Shown here: piece after piece, positions 54,834 to 64,000 of the stretch
How positions within the stretch are numbered: position 1 is the first letter of the stretch
Layout of the letters: each line of letters begins with the position of its first letter
DNA from: Octopus vulgaris
Lineage: Eukaryota
Assembly: GCA_951406725.2 (NCBI GenBank)
Contig: OX597822.1
Coordinates: 52,762,001 to 52,826,000 of the forward strand
Direction of reading: 5' to 3'
DNA: 64,000 bases
The notes under the pieces: model-generated
Told to the model about the DNA's origin: nothing
The model's database searches: none
Seen by the model: the letters and a program-made list of their open reading frames with translations, nothing else
Program-made: the position numbers and the translations under genes

Positions 54834-56588
54834 GTATATATATATCCTACGGTGATACTTCGTGAAAATGTAACCAAAGTTCTACCCCTGACTCCATTTA
54901 CTCTCCAATATACTTAGCTACATCAGTTCTGGTTTTTTTTTTTTATCACCTATTTGTTTTCTGTGAATTGTTTAAATAAGGGCTTATGTGTGTGCTCGCA
55001 CGCGCGCGCGTGGGTGTGAGTTTGATATGAACAATGAACAATGAACAATGGACACGAATAAAATGGTGTTGTTTTGTAAACAACTCGCACAAGTATCTGC
55101 TTACCAGTCGAACTCTGCATACCAGAAGCCAGCATGTGTATGGGGGTGGGGGTCATCAAGAGAGAGAGAGAATTACGGCTGAAAAACAGAGGGAGGTGGA
55201 GGTGAAGGTGGAGTTGACGGTGAGAGTAGTAGTAGTATTAGGATGGGGGGAAAAGAAGAAAGAGGAGAGGAAGAAGAGAGAGGGGCGGGGGAAAGAAAAC
55301 GAATAAAACGAGGAAAGAGAACATGAAAGAGGAGGGAAGAAGGAGAAGTAAAAAAAAACCGAATGAAATGAAGACGAAGACGATGACGAAGAAGAAGAAG
55401 GAGGAGGAGGAGGATGAGGAGGGGGGGAGAACAAGTAAAAAAAAATATGAAGGACGAAAAGATGAGTGATCCGTGTAGATGTTGATGTTGTTATCAATGT
55501 GTGGTCGTGGTCGTTGTGGTTGTTGTTGTAAGCGACGATGCTATTGTTCCTGTTTGGGGTGAAGTTGGAGACGAGGCGGGTGAAGAATAATTAATATAGA
55601 AAGAATAAAAAATAGAGGGAAAAAAAAAATCTCTAAATTTGTGCACGTTTAAAATAGTACGTTTACTTGAAAAGTGGAAGAGAATCACTGTAAATGGTGA
55701 AGACATCAATGTGTGGTCGGTTTTTATCAACATCACTGGCTGTTGTTGTCTCTTTTGATTGGTGTTTGTGTAAGTAGGACACTGATTGATACTTCACCAG
55801 TTACATCAATCAGACAGACACGTTTCAGATTCAGAATGGTGGTGGTGGTTGTTGATTGATGGTGGTGGTGGTGCTTGTGGAGCAATAGAGACATATAAAA
55901 AATTTACTTTCTCCTTTTTTTTTTTCTTCTTTCCAATTGAGAGGCTTCATTGTGAAATGTATGTTTGAGAGAGATTTCTAATAGAACTAACAGAACGCTC
56001 GTTCTATTATTCTCTTGTTCTGTTTTACGTCTACTCCGCCTCGAGTACAAAAATAGAAAGACATCATGGCGCAAAGAAAGAATTGAACCAATTTCTTCAA
56101 TTGCTGAAATTTAAATAAAAAAAAAGACAAACAAACAAACAGTAAACAAACATTCAAAGCAAAATTAACAAGGGAGAGAAATCCGAAACATTCCTCCACT
56201 CCTGCTCCTGAGTGGTTTTAGATATTTCGTGTCAAGTCTACTTGTTTAGGCCTTATGCAGTTGGTGAAAATAATTACATCTGTTGTAACCTTGACGATAA
56301 ACTAGAATCCGATCTAATATTCTTAGCCATTAATTCAGAAGAATATACTCTTAGAGCATATCGTTCTTACTGAAATATGTTGTCTGCAAACTGGAACTCA
56401 ACTAATTTTCTCTCCTACCATACTTTTCCTGCTTTGTGAAAGCTAACACGCAACAGCTTTATTTTGAAGCGACTTCTATGTTGAAAGAAATATTTTGTGT
56501 AACTGCATAGTACACAGTTAGTTATAAAGGTGGATACCACCATCATAGAAGTTGTCATGCTATACATGTCGTATAGACAGAGGGTAGC

Positions 56589-56642
<54 letters not shown>

Positions 56643-56645
<3 letters not shown>

Positions 56646-56820
56646 AAAAGGAAATGAAGAAAATGCTGACATTATAAGAGAAAAAAATCAATCAGATGCG
56701 CAACCGTTAAAAAGAACTTTCACCTAATTAAATACACTCTCCCTTACTTAAATTATTTTGTCAGCATTTTCTTCATTTCCTTTTTTTATATATCACAACT
56801 CGTGTTCCACATCTCCTTTT

Positions 56821-56825
<5 letters not shown>
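56643..56825. repeat. (TA)n-embedded short inverted-repeat cassette
   Basis: aaaaaggaaatgaagaaaatgctgaca versus tgtcagcattttcttcatttcctttt, plus tail. Confidence 0.7.
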
Positions 56826-56868
<43 letters not shown>

Positions 56869-57311
56869 GCTGCTCTCTGCCTTTTGAATAAAGGTTTGAT
56901 AAATAGAACGACACATATAGCATGACTTAACTTCAGCTTCGTTTCGAACGCTCTATCATTGCTTTTCCATGAATCAGCGACCAGTTACCAGCAATCTATT
57001 GCAACCGGTTGGTTTACTTTACCACAAAAATATCTATGTTCGAGCTCAGGAAACAGCCTCAGTTCCACCACGGATGTTTCACAGCCCTGTGTAAATTTAG
57101 AACAACTGAGAGCGATGAGGTGATGAAGTAGGCGTTTCAAGATTGAACAATTTCGAAATAAACTTTTGTCTTTTTCTTTAAATTCTTCAAAAATTTAAAC
57201 ATTAGGAAAAGAGACAGTGACAGAGAAAGAGAAAAAGTGAAAGAGGGAGACTGAATTAATTATATCAATTTCCAAACACATTAAAAGTATCAATCTATTA
57301 ATAAAAAAATA

Positions 57312-59252
57312 TCAAATACAATAACAATAAGGTTTCAGGCTCCTTTCGTTCACGCAAAATGATTGATTACCATAACGGTTAATCCGATAAATATCCCCAA
57401 GTATCTCCATAGAATTCACAGTACGAACGTTGACCATTGCTTCAAAAATAGCATCACTGGGAGTAACTTTCATTGAAATAATATATAATCCAAGTGGATC
57501 CTCATACTTCAGTTGAAAACCTAATAGTTTTGGATTCGTTTTAATTTTTAGTGATCCCGATGGACTTTGTTTTTGTACATTTAATACAGTAAGAAAATTA
57601 AATTTAGCACATATTTTGCGAAACTTTTCGGTCAATGAATTGACAGATTTTAACATGTATTTTGAAAGATCCGAAACAATTGCTTCCTTGGGATCAATGT
57701 CTGTTGTTTTGTAGCATGCGCAAAACTGTTGTGGTATTCCTGCTTGCGCGCATGTTCTTGTGTTTGAAATTGCTTCAAATAAACTAATTGGTTGGAAAAT
57801 TTGATTGTTGCTTCTAGATGTCTTTGGATGGGATTTAAAAGTACCATACAAAATATCTTTAAGTGTTTCATGCGTGTCAAAAGGTGACGTTAAGTATTCA
57901 CTGTTTTGTTGAAGATTACTTACAATTTTTGGATGTTTGCGTTTAAATTTTTCTGGTACTTTCAGAATAAATAATGGCATTTTATCTTCAATGCGTCCAA
58001 TAAGTGTTCGCCGAAACCAGTCAAATCTATGTCCATGATCGCTCATGAAGAAAAGAAAACTATTATTTAAAAAGCCTTCGGAATTGAGAACTTTAAAAAA
58101 CTCAAAGAAGTCATTGTCTGCTACTTCAATCATGTTTAAATAATCATGACTGATTTCCGTGATCCAGGAAAGGCCAAAGAGAGGCATTTGGTGATAGTAA
58201 CGGCGAATGAAACTGAGGAAATAATTTACTATTAACATATGTTTTGGACTACCACCATGGCATAAGTTTGAAACTTTTCCCAGACGGACTCTTTTATTTT
58301 CCAAAGCAAGCCACACAGGACCCAACATGGTTTTTACTGGATGAACAGACTCAAAAGATAACCAAAATGGCCGCATGTAGTGGTCAGTTGGTTGTTTAAG
58401 AAATCCCTTATCGAGGTAATTGAATAAAGAAATGATGGGTGCATCCTCCGAAAACATTGTAGCATACTGGCATTTTGAAAAATTCTTCCACAACAATGGG
58501 TAGCCGTCAAAAAAATTGCTTCCCACTGGGGTTTTATGAAGTTCGTATGTGTATTTCCCTGTCAGTAATGGTATCAAGTTTGGGAATGTATTTTCACCGA
58601 CTTTAGTGTAGCCTTTAAAGGCAAAGCCTCCCAGAGTTTCAGTTAAATATTTATATGTTTTGGGAAGTTTCCTTAATGCATTTAATCTTGAAAGAGAATC
58701 AATCCCAAAAATTAAAACATTGTATGGTGCTTGGGGACAGTGAGAGGGTAGTTTCATTTTCTGAAAGGTTTTCTGCGAAACATGAGCATGAAGATGGGTA
58801 AATGAGCGCCGGTTAATGTCTTGGCAGATGATAAGGAAAAAATCTTCAGGTACATCAGCAGGTAATTGAATCCAAACTGGTTTCTTGAAATCCACATGAT
58901 CATCGTCTTTGTGAGTTCGATACACACCCTGGTAACTACAGTTTAATGTTGCTATAGAGAAACCAGATTCTTTGGCAGCCGTTTCATTAAGTTGTAGTAA
59001 ACCCTTCTTATTAAAGAAGGTTAAGTCGGCTTTGAGAGAGCAATGCAACGGTTCTGGGTGGAATACATAATTAATAATAGCTTTATCGTAAGGGTCAATG
59101 TTTGGCAAGTGACATTTAACGTCAATATCGCTCTTCATAAATTGAGGGTCAGGGAATTTCAATACCGAATATGCTGAATAAATTACAATCAGTAGGATAA
59201 GGGAGATACCGATCCTCTTAGTACATCGGTTATTCATTTTGCAAATGAACAT
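57312..59252 (-). CDS. DUF229 family protein (alkaline phosphatase/sulfatase superfamily), predicted type II membrane protein, about 646 aa
   Basis: Uninterrupted ORF; N-terminal TM helix IGISLILLIVIYSAYSVL; motifs NVLIFGIDSLSR, GYTKVGENTFPNL, GFLKQPTDHYMRPF, MSDHG, LTSPFDTHETLKDIL, RTCAQAGIP..FC, YRINRYGNQSFC..YCYC; alternative start at ATG 59237. Confidence 0.93.
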   Translation of the reverse strand: MFICKMNNRCTKRIGISLILLIVIYSAYSVLKFPDPQFMKSDIDVKCHLPNIDPYDKAIINYVFHPEPLHCSLKADLTFFNKKGLLQLNETAAKESGFSIATLNCSYQGVYRTHKDDDHVDFKKPVWIQLPADVPEDFFLIICQDINRRSFTHLHAHVSQKTFQKMKLPSHCPQAPYNVLIFGIDSLSRLNALRKLPKTYKYLTETLGGFAFKGYTKVGENTFPNLIPLLTGKYTYELHKTPVGSNFFDGYPLLWKNFSKCQYATMFSEDAPIISLFNYLDKGFLKQPTDHYMRPFWLSFESVHPVKTMLGPVWLALENKRVRLGKVSNLCHGGSPKHMLIVNYFLSFIRRYYHQMPLFGLSWITEISHDYLNMIEVADNDFFEFFKVLNSEGFLNNSFLFFMSDHGHRFDWFRRTLIGRIEDKMPLFILKVPEKFKRKHPKIVSNLQQNSEYLTSPFDTHETLKDILYGTFKSHPKTSRSNNQIFQPISLFEAISNTRTCAQAGIPQQFCACYKTTDIDPKEAIVSDLSKYMLKSVNSLTEKFRKICAKFNFLTVLNVQKQSPSGSLKIKTNPKLLGFQLKYEDPLGLYIISMKVTPSDAIFEAMVNVRTVNSMEILGDIYRINRYGNQSFCVNERSLKPYCYCI

Positions 59253-59955
59253 TTTAGGGAAGGTAACTATAGCACAGCTGATCAATATGAATAATTAAAA
59301 AATTGAACAAAGGAAATGAGAATCATAGCATAGCCCAGCTGAAATGTCACTGAAGAATCGAGGAATGGCAGCAGTTTTCAATAAAAATTCAAATTTATTC
59401 ACTGGGCAGGTAGTGGATGGGGGTAATGATGAAACTGACCTTGATTGAGGCAAGTTGGTGAAAAGATGGAAGAATGTTACTGTACAACGTGTTCAGCAGC
59501 TGAGGGAAATGCTGTACTTGTAAAAAAAACAACAACAAAAAACACCCAGAAAAATATAGTTCATAGCACCATATTTATGGCAGCTTCCTGAATATACTCT
59601 TTTCTCCGTTTTTTTTAAATGTAGAGGAGGAATGTTATAGGACCGATCGCAGCCTCATTTCTTCCTGGAAATATTCCTCGTTCGTATTTTCCTTTCGTTT
59701 CCAGGCTATTTGGAGGAATTGCAGTTCATTGGTGTGATTACAGCTGTCTGCTACCTCTTTTGAAAATATTCTCGTTCTCCACACTTGCATGTTGCAATGT
59801 CAGTCAGATAGAAGGCACATGGAATGGTATCAGTCAAAGAAATCGATGCAACGTTTGTGCTTCCGTATCCACATCTTCGTTTCTGCCAAAAGAAATGAAA
59901 AAAAAAAAAGAAAATATATATATAGATATATATATATAAAGAACAAAAACAAAAT

Positions 59956-59998
<43 letters not shown>

Positions 59999-60235
59999 AA
60001 CTGCTACTGCTGCCGCCGCCGCCGCCGCACGGATTTACAATAACTCTGCTTCCACCTAACCTCACAGCTGAGACATTTTAGAGGCGTTTCTGCGCCTGCT
60101 AGAAACAACAGCAGGCAAATATCCTCTCTCAAATCTCAACGATTAAAAAAAAAAAAAATCTATATAAAATATACTGAAGAATAAGAATGTAGTTCCTGAT
60201 ACGGAAAAAAGACAGGATGGTCACTGTTGGAAAAT

Positions 60236-60266
<31 letters not shown>

Positions 60267-60607
60267 CGCTACTGCTGTTGCTGCTACTGGAGGTGGCGGT
60301 GGTGATGATGGTAGTGGTAACAGCAGCAGCAGCAGTAGTAGTAGTAGTAGCGTTTGTTGTTCGTAAAAATCATTGATATATTTTAGTGTTGCACGTTCGT
60401 TAAGTGGATCGAGAAACACGTGTTTATGACGTATCACTAACTAATCACCCCTCTTACACACACATCTCTAACTATCACCCGTCTTACTGACGATATTGGA
60501 AACATCATTAAAATATTCCCATTACATATAATTAGTTATATTGAGGTTGTTGATACTACATACCTGCAGCATCCTCTTCACATTCTAATATCAACATCCA
60601 TCCATCC

Positions 60608-60673
<66 letters not shown>

Positions 60674-60714
60674 ACCTATCTGACTATCTATCTGTCTGTT
60701 TGTTTGCATGCATA

Positions 60715-61131
60715 CGATCTTTTCGGTTTGAACGGCAGTTTTTTCTAGCGGTGTCATATGAAATTGTCACCCATAATTATGACCCTAGTATCGATCTATT
60801 GCATTTCAATCTATTTTAGGGTTAGGGTTAGGGGGGGGGGAAAGAGTATCTTTTTTTCGTCAGAAATGTAAATAAACCCAATCTGTTTCTTAAACGAGGG
60901 ACATATTCATACGGCACAGAATGTTTTTTTTTACCTCAATAGACGTCATTGATTGGTTGAAATTGTAGATATTGAAGATAAAACAACAAATATCTTACAA
61001 ACTATAGAATTTTCTCAATAAAGCCAAGAAAAAAAGATGTTTTATAAACACATTCTACCAGTATACGAAGTTTAAAATTTTTAGTTACCTAGAAATTATG
61101 TTAAAAACTGCCGTTCAAACCGAAAAGATCC
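60715..61131. mobile_element. MITE with 28-bp TIRs and 8-bp TSD, carrying internal TTAGGG repeats
   Basis: TIR gatcttttcggtttgaacggcagttttt / aaaaactgccgttcaaaccgaaaagatc; TSD catgcata at 60707-60714/61132-61139. Confidence 0.9.
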
Positions 61132-61137
61132 CATGCA

Positions 61138-61198
<61 letters not shown>

Positions 61199-61227
61199 GT
61201 CTGTCTGTCTATCTATCTGTCTGCACG

Positions 61228-61698
<471 letters not shown>

Positions 61699-61715
61699 AT
61701 ATATATATGTATATA

Positions 61716-62111
61716 CTAGCAGTATCCCCCGCCTTGCTCTGGTTTGTAAGGGAAATAACTATATAAGCATTTTTAGAGATGTAAAGTATAATAGCCATCT
61801 CAATATGGCTAACCACAAAGGGGGGTGTTACAGTAGCTTTTTACGTTCTGAGATTTAATAATAATACATTTTTAGAGAGTTACTTCCCTTATATAATAGC
61901 AAAAAATGCTTTAAAAATGGGGAAAAATGGCGGTAAATTTTTTTTTAAATCGTAGACTCATAGTAGACACGCGCTAATACCCAGAAGGGCTCGATATGAA
62001 TCACGACTATAAGATACCCGCTTTTGGTTACACTGCACCGCAAAATGTGGGAGTAGTTAGGAATCTAAATCGTAGGAGACAGACACACAACTTCACTTTT
62101 ATATATAAAGA
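61716..62111 (-). mobile_element. Non-autonomous Helitron (about 400 bp)
   Basis: 5' TCTTTATATATAAAAG; 3' decayed hairpin and CTAG; inserted at A|T within a TA run. Confidence 0.8.
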
Positions 62112-62627
62112 TATATATCTGTAAATATAATATAAATTCCTCATTTACATAATATCGAGGTCTCTTTCATTCTTTTGTTGTCTTGCCATTTTCTATCAAT
62201 ATATATATATATATATATATTTTATATATATATTAGTCTATCTATCTATCTGCTTGTCTGTCTGTTTGTCTATGTGCCTGGCGCCTTAAGTGCCGTTTGT
62301 ATTGTCCACACTGTTCTAAGTTTTGAGTTTGATCTCTCGTTTGGGGATATCTTCCATCCTCTCACCAATCATTGAGGCCTTGTAGAGGATCGGACTTAAA
62401 GACAAAGTAAAAAATAAAATGAATAAAGTTCAAACACTCTGTAACTTCGCCACAGATACAGAAGGATTTCGACAGAATTATTGTTAGGAAGGTAAGATAA
62501 TTAAATTCAATGAAGCAGTTTTGGGAGGTTATACAGTGCTACCGTAATCAAGCTAGCAGGGCTCACATCTATCCAGGACATCGAAATGTAAAGGTGAAGT
62601 GATATGAAGTCATCAAGTCGCACATAT

Positions 62628-62858
62628 GCGGCGAGCCGGCAGAAACGTTAGCACGCCGGGCGAAATGCTTAGCGGTATTTCGTCTGCCGTTACGTTCTGA
62701 GTTCAAATTCCGCCGAGGTCGACTTTGCCTTTCATCCTTTCGGGGCCGATAAATTAAGTACCAGTTACGCACTGGGGTCGATGTAATCGACTTAATCCGT
62801 TTGTCTATCCTTGTTTGCCACCTCTGTGTGTAGCCCCTTATGGGCAGTAAAGAAATAA
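62628..62858 (+). mobile_element. SINE family A, full-length
   Basis: TSD aagtcgcaca(t/c)atg. Confidence 0.88.
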
Positions 62859-63039
62859 GTCGCACACATGCATGTAGTTTGTTTTGCGTGCGCCTGGTGT
62901 ACTCTTATTAGACGGATAGTCAAGATGGCTTCGTGTATTTGTACCCTAGTGTTATTTTGATGGCATGTGCTGCTCATTCACTCACTCATTCGCTCACTCA
63001 TTCACTCACTCATTCACTCACTCAACAACAACAACGTTG

Positions 63040-63960
63040 ATGATAATAGAGTGATTAACACGCTAGCCGTGCCTGTTATAAATTACATAATAAACTGGAA
63101 GATTAGTGAATTGAGAAACTTACATAGAAAAACTATGAAACTATTAAGAGCATACCGAAGTTACCACTCCAAACCAAACACAGACAGAATATATCTGCCC
63201 CGCTCAGAAGGAGGCCGTGGCCTGACGCAGATAAAGAACTACTATAAAATAACAACAATTGGACAACAAAAATACTTAGAAACAAAAAGTGGACGATTGC
63301 TACATGTAATAAAGCAATACGAAAACTTAAAAAAAAAAAGGAAGAAAATACTTTTCTCTAAGCGCGGGGTGACGATGAAATAGAAAACAAATACAAACTA
63401 TACTGAAGCACCAATCTCAGATGACAACATGACAACATGACAAATTATGAAAGACACACACGCACACGCGCGCACACACACACACATACACACGCATGCA
63501 CAAAACAATATGAAAACAGAACTACAACATACTAAAGAAGAAATGGAGAGAAAAATCACTCCATGGTCGTTATCATGCAAGGCTTGAGTGAGAAGTGAGC
63601 CGAAGTGAAAGCCAGCAACGGATAGAAAACTCTGGACTAAAAGCAGAAACTGAAGGACTTATTCTCGTTGCACAAACAACTATTAAAAGCAAAATAATGA
63701 AAACAGACCCTAACACCAAATGCAGAATGAGCAGAACCAGCACAATGAGGCAGTTGACCACATTATCTGTGGCTGTCCACTCCTTGCCAAATCTGAATAT
63801 ACATATATACAGGTATGACCGAGTGAGTAGTTATATCAACTGGGCAATATACCAACACTAAAAACATAGAAACCTGGACAGACAACACGACACACTATCT
63901 AAAATAAAATCATGCAAAGAACAGCCCACATCCTACGCAAGACACTAGCAATTAAATTGC
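63040..63960 (+). pseudogene. R4/Dong-clade LINE 3' relic
   Basis: INTLAVPVINY..DRIYLPRSEGGRGL; SGLKAETEGLILVAQ..KCRM; YDRVSSYINWAIY. Confidence 0.85.
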
Positions 63961-64000
63961 ACTGTTACATCCTCCCCGCCAAAAAAAAAAAAAAAAAAAA

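Noticed and set aside
59955-60350. Promoter or first exon of the DUF229 gene around the GCC/CTA repeats
   Set aside because: Plausible by position only; no motif support without transcript data

Overview
Repeat-dense, AT-rich eukaryotic DNA, most likely an octopus (cephalopod) genome, judging from its tRNA-derived SINE families and microsatellite load (inference). There is one clear host gene: an uninterrupted DUF229/alkaline-phosphatase-superfamily ORF (57312-59252, minus). The rest is microsatellites and mobile DNA. This includes a mariner relic that hosts a 28 x 105-bp satellite, a young non-autonomous LTR element and two SINEs; several R4/Dong-clade LINE relics at (TAA)n; CR1, Gypsy, Tc1 and L1/Tx1 fragments; four non-autonomous Helitrons; a MITE; and many SINEs. 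The most striking signal not explained by the ORF track is a set of about 15 hammerhead-ribozyme (HHR) motifs from about 10 unrelated sequence families. Most lie in short protein-less cassettes with a recurring design: (TA)n - inverted arm - spacer - inverted arm - unique tail - (TA)n. Wherever both arms carry an HHR, the two point outward. These look like miniature Penelope-like (pLTR-only) ribozyme retroelements that target (TA)n. Almost all other ORFs in the track are microsatellite or repeat artefacts. All structures were read by eye; no folding or database search was run.
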